Shown: positions 1 through 8,926 of the stretch, one piece after another
Layout: each line of letters starts with the position of its first letter
Position numbering within the stretch: position 1 is the stretch's first letter
DNA from: an uncultured Desulfovibrionaceae bacterium
GTDB taxonomy: Bacteria; Bacillota; Dethiobacteria; DTU022; UBA8154
DNA length: 64,000 bases
NCBI GenBank assembly: GCA_964581355.1
Contig: CAZOOA010000001.1
Coordinates: forward strand, 46,922 to 110,921
Direction of reading: 5' to 3'
Notes under the pieces: model-generated
Told to the model about the DNA's origin: nothing
Seen by the model: only the letters and a program-made list of their open reading frames with translations
Databases searched by the model: none
Program-made: the position numbers and the translations under genes

Positions 1-451
1 CTCCTTTAAAAAATATGTAGGGAAAAAAGGATAGGCTTGCTACGAAAAGCTGGTTCATTCATCAGGGTTTCTCCGTAATTTTTATTAATTCTATTTAACC
101 TTATCCAGTTAAAAAAATCCATCCTTCGAAAGTATGATTTTGCAGCAAAACAGCAGCAAAATAGCAGGAAAATAGAGTTTTAACCTTAGATATATCAGTT
201 CCGGTTAGGTGAGTAGCGCAGAAAACCATCGCTTGAATCTAAAGGAAGGTTTTTCATCTTCTGTTGGCCCGTAAGGGTTGTGGCGGACAGTATAAGCTTT
301 CCCCGGCCGGTCTGCAAAGGTGTGCCTTCTGCTGCAGTGCAAGTGGCAGGCATTCACGCCTATCGGGAAGCATAAAAAAGATGATACATTTTAAGGACCG
401 AATAGCTTATAATAGATTATAGAAAACACCTGATTATTTGTAGAGGGGCCT

Positions 452-2527
452 GTGATGACGGATATTTTGGAAAGAGCAAAAGAGCTATTGGACGTGCTGT
501 TTGCAAAAGTGGTTGACCTGGATTTGCTGGAAACTATGGGAAGTTTCTTTTTGCAATTCCAATTACTGGCGGAAATATATACGCTGGTCGTCAGGTGGGT
601 TTTCCCCCTGCTGGCTCTAATCATTTTTATTCGTTGTCTCCGGCCCCTGCTGCAGGAACGCAGGGGCAGCGCTGTATGGGGATACCTGCAGATGAAGGAT
701 GGGACCCGTTTACCCCTTCGGCACTGGGAAAACTCTATCGGGCGGAGCAGGCTTTCCGATCTTGTGTTAGACTTTCCCTTTATCTCCAGGAGCCATGCTG
801 TGCTTACCTTTCGCCAGGGTGCTTGGTCGGTTGCCGACCTGAATTCAAAAAATGGGGTGAAGGTAAACGGGGTGGAGGTGGAGCAGGCGGAGACCGTGGA
901 GCACGGGGACACAATTTCCCTGGGGGGTCTGGAGCTGGAGCTGGACTTGACCAACAAAAAATCGTCCGGGAACCGGCAGCAAAATGACAGGTCCAAGCCT
1001 GAATCCATGCCTGCGCCGCCGCAGTCATCTCCGGCGCCACCACTGCCATCTCCAAGAGCCGTGCCCGGTTCCGACCCTGCAGAAAGTTCCATGCGCCCAA
1101 CCAAGCCGGGAGTCCATGGATCCCCTAGCGAAAAGAACAAATCTGCCGGAAGATCTGAAGTAGATGCTATGGGAAAATCTGCCGCCCGCGGCGAAGCAAG
1201 GGGGCAGGGCAAGCCTGGTAGCCGGGGTAAAACCGGCAGAGGGATCCGACCCGGCAAAAAGTTTAATGCTGCTTCAACATTGCTGCTGATCCTGCTTTTT
1301 CAGCTCCTGGGAGCTCTTCAGCTCTGTTTTTCCATGGGCGACGAAGTTAATCCAGCAGTACCCTTGACTTTTTGCCTGTTCATTCTTGCCCAAATTTTGC
1401 ATTACGGGATTATGCGCTTGATCAGCCGTAATTATATCGAGTTTGAATTGCTCTGCTATTTTCTCTGCGGCTTAAGCTTGTTCGTTGTGGCCTCGGCAGC
1501 ACCCGGTGCCCTGTTTAAACAATTGGGTGCTATTGTGGGTGGAATGACGGTGTATACGGTGCTGGGGCTGATGCTGCGCGATCTGGGGCAGGCCGGCAGG
1601 CTAAAATATCTCTTTATTGCGGTTGCCCTTGTCCTCCTGGTTTTAAACCTGGTTATGGGAGAGACACGTTTTGGGGCGAAACGCTGGATTGACCTGGGCC
1701 TGATCACCTTTCAGCCTTCGGAGTTTGTAAAAATTGCTTTTGTCCTGGCTGGCACGGCAACCCTGGATAAACTGCTGACAACCCGGGATATGACCGCATT
1801 TATTGTTTTTGCCAGTGTATGCATCGGTGTCATGGTCCTGATCCGGGATTTTGGCACTGTGTTGGTCTTTTTTGGTGCCTTTATCGTGATCGCTTTTATG
1901 CGCTCGGGCGATCTGCGGACCATTGCCTTTGCCCTGGCCGGGGCTGCCCTGGGAAGTGTAGCTGCGGTGTCTTTTATGCCCTATATTGCTTCCCGCATTG
2001 CCACCTGGGGCAATGTTTGGGAGTATGCCAGCACTTCGGGCTACCAGCAGACGCGCACATTGATTGCCGCTGCCAGCGGCGGCCTCTTGGGTGTCGGTGG
2101 CGGACATGGCTACCTGGCTCAGATAGCAGCAGCCGATACCGATTTAATCTTCGGCATCCTCTGCGAGGAGTGGGGATTGGTCGTTGCGCTGACGGCAGTT
2201 TCAATCATGGTATTTTACGCTTTTTATGCTGTATTGCTTACTAGAAACTGCCGTTCCTCTTTCTATGCGATTGCCTCCTGCGGGGCGGCAGCTATCTTTT
2301 TGCTGCAGACAGCATTGAATGTCCTGGGTTCCGTCGATATTCTCCCCTTTACGGGATTAACGGTGCCCTTTATCTCCAGGGGAGGTTCTTCCATGGTGGC
2401 CTCCTGGGGACTGTTGGCCCTGATTCAATCGGCTGATGAGCGCGGCAGGCCGGGTAAAGCGGGCTTTTCCGGCAAGAAGAAAAAAAAGGTTAAAAAGATA
2501 ATCCATGAAGAAGGTGATCGAGGGTGA
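452..2527 (+). CDS. FHA-domain::SEDS (FtsW/RodA/SpoVE family) fusion; peptidoglycan polymerase with N-terminal phosphothreonine-binding module
   Basis: The 691-aa ORF has an N-terminal FHA signature (GRS...SRSHAVL...NSKNGVKVNG). This is followed by a Pro/Ser/Gly-rich linker and then a roughly 10-TM SEDS domain (ITFQPSEFVKIAFVLAG...). An RBS (AGAGGGG) lies 7 nt before the ATG at 452. An alternative internal start at 692 (MKDG) is possible. Confidence 0.75.
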   Translation: MMTDILERAKELLDVLFAKVVDLDLLETMGSFFLQFQLLAEIYTLVVRWVFPLLALIIFIRCLRPLLQERRGSAVWGYLQMKDGTRLPLRHWENSIGRSRLSDLVLDFPFISRSHAVLTFRQGAWSVADLNSKNGVKVNGVEVEQAETVEHGDTISLGGLELELDLTNKKSSGNRQQNDRSKPESMPAPPQSSPAPPLPSPRAVPGSDPAESSMRPTKPGVHGSPSEKNKSAGRSEVDAMGKSAARGEARGQGKPGSRGKTGRGIRPGKKFNAASTLLLILLFQLLGALQLCFSMGDEVNPAVPLTFCLFILAQILHYGIMRLISRNYIEFELLCYFLCGLSLFVVASAAPGALFKQLGAIVGGMTVYTVLGLMLRDLGQAGRLKYLFIAVALVLLVLNLVMGETRFGAKRWIDLGLITFQPSEFVKIAFVLAGTATLDKLLTTRDMTAFIVFASVCIGVMVLIRDFGTVLVFFGAFIVIAFMRSGDLRTIAFALAGAALGSVAAVSFMPYIASRIATWGNVWEYASTSGYQQTRTLIAAASGGLLGVGGGHGYLAQIAAADTDLIFGILCEEWGLVVALTAVSIMVFYAFYAVLLTRNCRSSFYAIASCGAAAIFLLQTALNVLGSVDILPFTGLTVPFISRGGSSMVASWGLLALIQSADERGRPGKAGFSGKKKKKVKKIIHEEGDRG

Positions 2528-3897
2528 AACTGATCTCCAGCCGTGCTTTTGTCTTGCTGATACTTTCCCTGCTGCTGGTTACGGGTCTTTTGGCCTTTAC
2601 CCTGGAGTTCTTCAGTAATGCCTCTACATGGGCACTGCATCCAGCCAACAGGCACCTGTATGCCAATGGGAAACTGGCCAGCTCAGGGACCATTTATGAC
2701 CGGAGAGGCGAGGTTCTCATGCAGACGGTGGACGGGGAAATAAGCTACCATGAGGATAAGACGGTGCGCACAGCCCTGATGCATGCCACGGGGGACCCGG
2801 GCAGCAATGTGGCTACCGGCGCCCAAGTCGTTTTCCGGGACCGGCTCAGCGGTTGGAATGTTTTTAAGGGCGCCTACCGCTTTGGGGGCTGGGCAAGCTC
2901 CGGAAAGGACCTGACCTTAACCCTCGATGCTGATTTATCCGCCGTAGCCTACCGCGCTTTGGATGGGCGCCGGGGCACGGTTGGTGTCTATAACTACAGG
3001 ACGGGGGAGATCCTCTGCATGGTCAGTTCGCCTTCTTTTGATCCGGCAAGCCCTTCCGATGTGCAGGCTCATCCCCAGCGCTACGAAGGGGTTTACCTGA
3101 ACCGGTTTCTTTCGGCCAGGTATACCCCGGGGTCCATCTTCAAGCTGGTTACAGCGGCAGCCGCTATTGACCGGTTCGGCGACCTGGATCAGGTGCACTA
3201 TCACTGTGAGGGTAAAATACCTGTTGGTGAAGACATGGTTACCTGCATGTCGGCCCATGGTGATGTAGACCTGGGGCAATCCTTGGCCGATTCGTGCAAC
3301 GTGGCCTTTGCTGAGATCACCCTTGAACTGGGGGCGAATACGTTGCAGAAGTATGCGGACCGGACCGGCTTTAACTCGGCTGTGCTGGTTGACGGTATTC
3401 AGACGGCTACAGGTCATGTGGATGTCTCCCGGGCGAAGGGAGCCAACCTGGCCTGGGCGGGTATTGGGCAGTACACCAATACGGTTAATCCGTTAAATTT
3501 TATGGTTTTTATGGGGGCCATCGGCAACGACGGGGTGGGTATTACACCAAGCATTTTGCGAAACGAAGGGCCTCTTTCGCCTCTTCGAAATCTTTTCCAG
3601 GAAAAAAATCGGATGCTCCCGGCAGAAACTGCCGCCATACTGGGGGAGATGATGCGCAATAACACCATCAGTGCTTATGGTGAAGAGCGTTTCCAGGGCC
3701 TGGAGCTCTGCGCCAAATCCGGGACTGCTGAAGTGGGTGGCGGGAAAACGCCTCACGCCTGGTTCGCGGGTTTTTTGGACCGGGATGATTATCCCCTGGC
3801 TTTTGTTGTCATCGTTGAAAACGGCGGTTCCGGGAACCGGGTTGCCGGTCCCGTGGCGGCAACCGTCCTGAAGGCGGCGGTAGAAAGTGAATTGTAA
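2524..3897 (+). CDS. class B penicillin-binding protein (PBP2-type transpeptidase)
   Basis: The 457-aa ORF has an N-terminal TM segment and an SxxK active-site motif (GSIFK), in a PbpA/MrdA-like fold. Its ATG overlaps the stop of the upstream SEDS gene (ATGA), indicating translational coupling. Confidence 0.8.
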   Translation: MKLISSRAFVLLILSLLLVTGLLAFTLEFFSNASTWALHPANRHLYANGKLASSGTIYDRRGEVLMQTVDGEISYHEDKTVRTALMHATGDPGSNVATGAQVVFRDRLSGWNVFKGAYRFGGWASSGKDLTLTLDADLSAVAYRALDGRRGTVGVYNYRTGEILCMVSSPSFDPASPSDVQAHPQRYEGVYLNRFLSARYTPGSIFKLVTAAAAIDRFGDLDQVHYHCEGKIPVGEDMVTCMSAHGDVDLGQSLADSCNVAFAEITLELGANTLQKYADRTGFNSAVLVDGIQTATGHVDVSRAKGANLAWAGIGQYTNTVNPLNFMVFMGAIGNDGVGITPSILRNEGPLSPLRNLFQEKNRMLPAETAAILGEMMRNNTISAYGEERFQGLELCAKSGTAEVGGGKTPHAWFAGFLDRDDYPLAFVVIVENGGSGNRVAGPVAATVLKAAVESEL

Positions 3898-4036
3898 GAT
3901 GTTAGGTGACGGCGAAAAGCGCTTGGTGAAGTGGAGGCTTTTAAGCCTGCCTGCTTCAATGTTTTCTTGATTTTTAAAGGGTAAATCTCTATACTATTAG
4001 GTAGAGAAAAGTAATAATCTAGTAGCAAAAAGGGAT

Positions 4037-4561
4037 GTGAATGGTGAAATGGAGCAATACGGGCAGGTTGTGGATTTAACCAGCGATAAAAAAGCCCTGG
4101 TCAAGGTCAGGCAGCATCTGTCCTGTGAAAATTGCGGACGCTGTGGGGCGGCGACATTTTTCGGTGATCCCAGCAAGCGCAAGCTGGAAAACCTGGTAGA
4201 AGTATTAAACCCCATCGGTGCAGGACGGGGAGAGTTGGTGCGCCTGGAAGCACGGGCCAGTGAAATGCTCCTGGCTGCGTTCCTTCTGTATATTGTCCCC
4301 TTGTTGGCCCTGTTAGGCGGCCTTTTCGGTGGCAGGAGTATTGCTATCAGTCAGGAGCTTTCAGGCAGTCCCGACCTTTGGGGGGCCTTGATCGGGTTGG
4401 TGGTCATGGTTGCAGTTTTCCTGGTATTACGGGCCAAAGATGCCCAGTTTGCCAGTGGGACCCGCTTCAAGGCAGTCATTACAGCTGTGGTGGATGAATC
4501 GGAGATCCCCGAGGAAGCACGCCTGGTGGAACAAGAAGGGGACGAAGAGTGCGCTGAATAA
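4037..4561 (+). CDS. RseC/MucC-family protein (SoxR-reducing system component-like)
   Basis: The 174-aa ORF has an N-terminal CxxCxxC-containing domain (SCENCGRCGAATFF) followed by two TM helices, as in the RseC/MucC architecture. Confidence 0.6.
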   Translation: MNGEMEQYGQVVDLTSDKKALVKVRQHLSCENCGRCGAATFFGDPSKRKLENLVEVLNPIGAGRGELVRLEARASEMLLAAFLLYIVPLLALLGGLFGGRSIAISQELSGSPDLWGALIGLVVMVAVFLVLRAKDAQFASGTRFKAVITAVVDESEIPEEARLVEQEGDEECAE

Positions 4562-4582
4562 ACAACAGTACGGTACGATACC

Positions 4583-4680
4583 TATGGTCAGGGGAGCGTA
4601 GGAAACGTGGAAAAGGAAGCAAGAGAACCGTCCCCATGCTGCCCCTTCCCTGCTTCCCCATACTTCCATGTTTCCGGGCT
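4583..4680 (+). repeat. degenerate copy or fragment of the dispersed hairpin-repeat family (arm-2-like segment ...AGAGAACCGTCCCCATGCTGCC...)
   Basis: Matches the conserved arm (GCGCCAGAACCGTCCCCCTGCTTCGC) of the copies at 20870, 25912, 36416, 36829 and 46178. A second related fragment in inverted orientation lies around 4800-4870. Confidence 0.4.
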
Positions 4681-4918
4681 GTAGGAGCCGGATGAGGCGA
4701 GAGTTTCTCCTCTGATTCCTGGAGGGAGTGGGGATGAAACTCCCGCGCTCTACCGTCACTATCCTTCCACATGCTTTTGTCCATGCTGCCGGGGAGATCT
4801 CCGGAGCCCACCGGGTCTCACCGGGGACAGCGAAGCGTAGCGCGTTTCGCAAGCTCCAGCCCTCTTGACTGATAACAGCTGTCCAAAAACGGTTTTCATC
4901 ATGTGGAAAGAACTGTTG

Positions 4919-4947
4919 TTGCAAAAAGTGAATGGTTGTGTTAAAAT
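4919..4947 (+). promoter_or_regulatory. sigma-A type promoter (TTGCAA-17 bp-TAAAAT) driving the lysine-riboswitch/lysA transcript
   Basis: The -35 hexamer TTGCAA (4919-4924), a 17-bp spacer and the -10 hexamer TAAAAT (4942-4947) are visible directly in the sequence. Confidence 0.5.
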
Positions 4948-4974
4948 ACCTTGCAAATTAAAATTACCTCATCT

Positions 4975-5262
4975 CTTCGAGCCGGGGTGGGGTAGAGGTG
5001 CGGCTGGCAAAGAGTATGTTCGAGAAAAGACGGTCCTTGATGAAACGGACAGAAAGGTGCCGCCGCCGAAGTTTTTGGTCCAAGGCCGGAGGCCAGAAGC
5101 TGGTTTGCCAGTGAATAACTGGCAAACTGTCACCCGTTCGAAAGGCCCTTTTCCCGGGTGGAGCGCTATCTCGCTGTGGGCATTTTTGAGGTTGCTTCTT
5201 GCGGTTTAAAGCGGCTACGGGTTTATCGTTGGTCGCTTTTTTGTTTTAAAATTTCCCTGAGG
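4975..5262 (+). promoter_or_regulatory. lysine riboswitch (L-box) with expression platform upstream of lysA
   Basis: The conserved L-box blocks are present in order: AGAGGTGCG, AAAGAGTATG, GAGAAAAGA, GAAAGGTGCCGCCGCCGAAG and GAGCGCTATCTCGCTG. They are collinear with the B. subtilis lysC leader and lie immediately 5' of lysA. Confidence 0.8.
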
Positions 5263-5272
5263 GGGTGGATGT

Positions 5273-6577
5273 ATGATCATGTCCGGTTCGATGGAAATCA
5301 ATGCAAAAGGGAACCTGGAAATCGGGGGTTGCGATACGGTAGAACTGGCTAAACAGTTCGGGACGCCCCTGTTCGTGATGGATGAAGAACAGATCCGAAA
5401 TAACTGCAGGCAGTATGTGAATGCCTTGAAAAAGCACTACCCGAAGGGGATGGTATTGTTTGCCGGTAAGGCTTTCTTAACCCTGGCCATGACCCGCCTG
5501 GTACACGAGGAAGAAATGGGGTTGGACGTGGTTTCCGGGGGCGAACTTTTTACGGCAGTGAACGCCGGTTTTCCCGTGGAGCGGATTTATTACCACGGAA
5601 ACAACAAGTCGACCCGTGAGTTAGTCGACGCCATTAAGTCCGGGGTGGGCCGGATCGTTGTGGACAGTATCCCGGAACTGGAAGAAATTAAAGAACTGTC
5701 GGCCCAGTTTGCAGAGGGCAAGGTCTCGGTGCTCCTGCGCCTCAAGCCCGGTGTGGAAGCCCATACCCATGAATATATTTCTACAGGGCAGGAGGACTCC
5801 AAGTTCGGCTTTGGCCTAGCGGACGACAGTGCCATGGAGGCGGTGGAGTCCTGCCTGAAAGCTTCAGATTTGATTGACCTGAGAGGATTTCACTGTCATA
5901 TCGGCTCGATGATCTTCCAGCTGGAACCTTTTTCCGTTGCCACCCGGGTGATGGTGGAGTTTATGGACCGGGTCCGGGACAAAACCGGTTTTGTGGCCGA
6001 AGAACTGGATATGGGCGGTGGCTTGGGTATCCGCCACAAGCAGGAAGACGACCCTCCTTCCATTGAGAGGTTCGTGGAAAATATTGCCCTGACGTTGAAA
6101 AGCGCCTGCCAGAAACAGGATTTTCCCCTGCCCGAGTTGATGCTGGAGCCCGGGCGTTCCATTACGGGGGAAGCCGGAGCAACACTTTATACGGTAGGTG
6201 TGATTAAGGATATTCCGGGGATCCGGCGCTATGTTTCCGTTGACGGGGGCATGATGGACAATATCCGGCCGGCTCTTTACAGCGCGAAATATGAAGCAGC
6301 TATCTGCAACAAAATAGGCCAGGAGTCCGGGGAGCTGGTTACGCTGGCCGGGAAAGCCTGCGAGTCCGGGGATATTTTGATCCGGGATATTTATCTGCCG
6401 CCCCTGGAAAGCGGTGATATTGTTGCTGTATTCAGCACAGGCGCCTACTGTTATTCCATGTCCAGCAATTACAACCGGAATCCCCGCCCGGCTGTCGTTT
6501 TTGTCCGTAACGGTGAGCCGAGGATTGTTGTGCGCAGGGAATCGTACGAGGATTTGATTGCGCTGGATGTATTGTAG
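5273..6577 (+). CDS. lysA: diaminopimelate decarboxylase
   Basis: The 434-aa ORF is a PLP-dependent group IV decarboxylase and sits downstream of the L-box. Confidence 0.9.
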   Translation: MIMSGSMEINAKGNLEIGGCDTVELAKQFGTPLFVMDEEQIRNNCRQYVNALKKHYPKGMVLFAGKAFLTLAMTRLVHEEEMGLDVVSGGELFTAVNAGFPVERIYYHGNNKSTRELVDAIKSGVGRIVVDSIPELEEIKELSAQFAEGKVSVLLRLKPGVEAHTHEYISTGQEDSKFGFGLADDSAMEAVESCLKASDLIDLRGFHCHIGSMIFQLEPFSVATRVMVEFMDRVRDKTGFVAEELDMGGGLGIRHKQEDDPPSIERFVENIALTLKSACQKQDFPLPELMLEPGRSITGEAGATLYTVGVIKDIPGIRRYVSVDGGMMDNIRPALYSAKYEAAICNKIGQESGELVTLAGKACESGDILIRDIYLPPLESGDIVAVFSTGAYCYSMSSNYNRNPRPAVVFVRNGEPRIVVRRESYEDLIALDVL

Positions 6578-6630
6578 CGGCCTCTTGGGTTGTGGAGGTT
6601 GGTATTTTTTGACGGAAGGGCGGTAAAAAG

Positions 6631-7479
6631 ATGATATTTACCAAGATGCACGGCCTGGGCAACGATTTTATTGTTGTAGATAACCTGGAAGGGCAGCACA
6701 GTCCGGAAGAGATGGCGAAAAAAGCTCCATCACTCTGCCACAGGCATTTTGGTATCGGTGCAGACGGCCTGGTCCTGCTGAACACTTCACGGGAAGCTCC
6801 TTTTGCCATGCAGATCTTTAACCCCGACGGTAGTGAGGCGGAGATGTGCGGTAATGCCATCCGCTGCCTGGGCAAGTATGTCTGGGACCGGAAGATGATT
6901 AACGGGGACAGGGTTTCCATCCAGACCGGTGCCGGGATTATGGAGTTGGCATTGAATATCCAGGGTTCGGAGGTAAAAGGGATCCGGGTGAACATGGGAC
7001 AGCCGATCCTGGACAGCCAGCAGATTCCCGTAGCAGGTCCTGAGCGAAAAGTGATCGATGAGCCCATTACCGCCGGGGACAAGACCTTTAAGTGCACCGC
7101 AGTAAGTATGGGCAACCCCCACTGCATCATTTTTGTGGACTCCCTGGAAGATATCCCCTGGAAAACATGGGGCCCTTTGCTGGAGAACCATAGCATGTTT
7201 CCCCGGCGGACCAACGTGGAATTTGTAGAAATCCTTGGGCCAGGCGAAGTCCGGGTCAATGTTTGGGAGAGAGGGGCAGGCCCAACTTTGGCCTGCGGTA
7301 CCGGGGCCTGCGCTACAACTGTGGCGGGTGTTATTACAGGGCGCCTGGAAGAAAATGTTGTAGTCCACCTTCCCGGGGGCACCCTGACTATTCAATGGAA
7401 GCAAGGGCAGCCTGTTTATATGGAGGGTCCTGCTGAGGAAGTATACCGGGGGGAAGTCTCTTTGGAGCGCATACAGTAA
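6631..7479 (+). CDS. dapF: diaminopimelate epimerase
   Basis: The 282-aa ORF has the N-terminal MIFTKMHGLGNDF motif and catalytic Cys motifs (CGNA, CGTGACA). Confidence 0.9.
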   Translation: MIFTKMHGLGNDFIVVDNLEGQHSPEEMAKKAPSLCHRHFGIGADGLVLLNTSREAPFAMQIFNPDGSEAEMCGNAIRCLGKYVWDRKMINGDRVSIQTGAGIMELALNIQGSEVKGIRVNMGQPILDSQQIPVAGPERKVIDEPITAGDKTFKCTAVSMGNPHCIIFVDSLEDIPWKTWGPLLENHSMFPRRTNVEFVEILGPGEVRVNVWERGAGPTLACGTGACATTVAGVITGRLEENVVVHLPGGTLTIQWKQGQPVYMEGPAEEVYRGEVSLERIQ

Positions 7480-7706
7480 AAAGACTGTTCTTTCTAATTG
7501 CACTTTGCCCTGGAATAGCGCTTAAATGTTTTGATCCATTAGATATTGAAGCTCGGGCTTCATTGATGTTTGCCCAGAACATAACTTTTGTTGTATATAA
7601 TTCCGCGCGCTTCAGATCACTTTTTTCATCTTTCTGCTGGTAAAGCGGAACATCATAGATGTCTTATGGGTTATTGAAATTATCTTTCTTTAGGAGGGCA
7701 TGCTCT

Positions 7707-8885
7707 ATGAACGAACAAACATCAGAAAGAATTCGCCAGCTACCCCGGTATTTGTTTGCTGAGATCGACAAGAAGATTAAAGAGGCCATGAACAAGGGAG
7801 TCGATGTGATCAAGCTGGGTATCGGCGATCCCGACACCCCGACGCCAGACTATATCATCGAGCGCATGAAGGAAGAAGTGGCCAAGCCCCGCAATCATAC
7901 CTATCCTCCCGATGAAGGGTTGCAGGAATTCAGGGAAGCGGTGGCTGCTTATTACCAGAAAAGGCACAAAGTGGACCTGGACCCCGAGACCGAGGTCCTT
8001 CCCTTAATCGGTTCCAAGGAGGGTATTGCTCACATTGCCTTTTGCTTTACCGATCCCGGTGATGTGAACCTGGTGCCTGATCCCGGGTATCCTGTATATG
8101 GTATCGGGACCAAGTTTGCCGGGGGAGCTCCTCACCTGATGCCCCTGGTCAAAGAAAATGATTTTCTGCCCGTTTTTGACCATATCCCGGAAGAGGCCGC
8201 TCAAAAAAGCAAGCTTTTGTTTTTAAACTACCCCAACAACCCCACTGGCGCTGTTGCCTCCCCGGAGTTTTTCCAGGAAGCGGTGCAGTATGCCAAAAAA
8301 CATAACCTGGTTGTCTGCCATGATGCCGCCTACAGCGAGGTGGCCTTTGACGATTACGAGCCCTTAAGCTTCCTCGAGGTGGACGGGGGCAAGGATGTAG
8401 CCATCGAGTTTGGCTCCCTGGCCAAGACATTTAACATGACCGGGTGGCGGATTGGGTATGCCGTGGGCTGCCGGCAGGCCGTGGAAGCCCTGTACCGGTT
8501 TAAAACCAATGTAGATTCCGGGCTATTCAAGGCCATTCAGTACACAGGGGTGGAGGCGTTGAGCAATCCCAAAATGGAGCCCTTTATCAAGGAACTGCGG
8601 GAAATGTACCGTGAAAGGCGTGATGTGGTGGTCGATGCACTTCAGGAAGCGGGTTGGCCCATTGAAGCGCCCCGGGGCACTTTTTATGTCTGGGCACCTG
8701 TCCCCAAGGGCTACACCTCCCAGGATTTTGTAGCCCACCTGCTGGAAGAGACGGGGGTTGTAGTCACCCCGGGCAAAGGATTTGGTGAGCACGGTGAAGG
8801 ATATTTCCGCATTGCCCTGACCGTGGACAAGAACAGGATGCGTGAAGCCATGGAGCGGATTAAAAACACGGTTCAGTTTCGCTAA
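7707..8885 (+). CDS. dapL: LL-diaminopimelate aminotransferase (DapL-type class I aminotransferase)
   Basis: The N-terminus reads RYLFAEIDKKI...KLGIGDPD and the fold is aminotransferase class I/II. It is flanked by dapF/lysA upstream and asd/lysC downstream. The start was moved to the ATG at 7707, which has a GGAGGG RBS; the ORF-track start is 7659. Confidence 0.7.
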   Translation: MNEQTSERIRQLPRYLFAEIDKKIKEAMNKGVDVIKLGIGDPDTPTPDYIIERMKEEVAKPRNHTYPPDEGLQEFREAVAAYYQKRHKVDLDPETEVLPLIGSKEGIAHIAFCFTDPGDVNLVPDPGYPVYGIGTKFAGGAPHLMPLVKENDFLPVFDHIPEEAAQKSKLLFLNYPNNPTGAVASPEFFQEAVQYAKKHNLVVCHDAAYSEVAFDDYEPLSFLEVDGGKDVAIEFGSLAKTFNMTGWRIGYAVGCRQAVEALYRFKTNVDSGLFKAIQYTGVEALSNPKMEPFIKELREMYRERRDVVVDALQEAGWPIEAPRGTFYVWAPVPKGYTSQDFVAHLLEETGVVVTPGKGFGEHGEGYFRIALTVDKNRMREAMERIKNTVQFR

Positions 8886-8926
8886 AATACGCATAGAATG
8901 AAATATGATCAAAGGGGATGATTTTT

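Noticed and set aside
391-1257. 288-aa minus-strand ORF
   Set aside because: It is entirely antisense to the well-supported FHA-SEDS gene. It is low-complexity and Pro/Arg/Ser-rich, as expected for the reverse frame of a GC-rich coding region.
1819-2244. 141-aa + strand ORF, Cys/His/Arg-rich
   Set aside because: It is an alternative frame inside the SEDS domain coding region and has no RBS. Its composition is typical of out-of-frame translation.
6432-7503. Two long minus-strand ORFs (316 aa and 238 aa)
   Set aside because: They are antisense to dapF/lysA, with no motifs. dapF on the + strand has canonical signatures.
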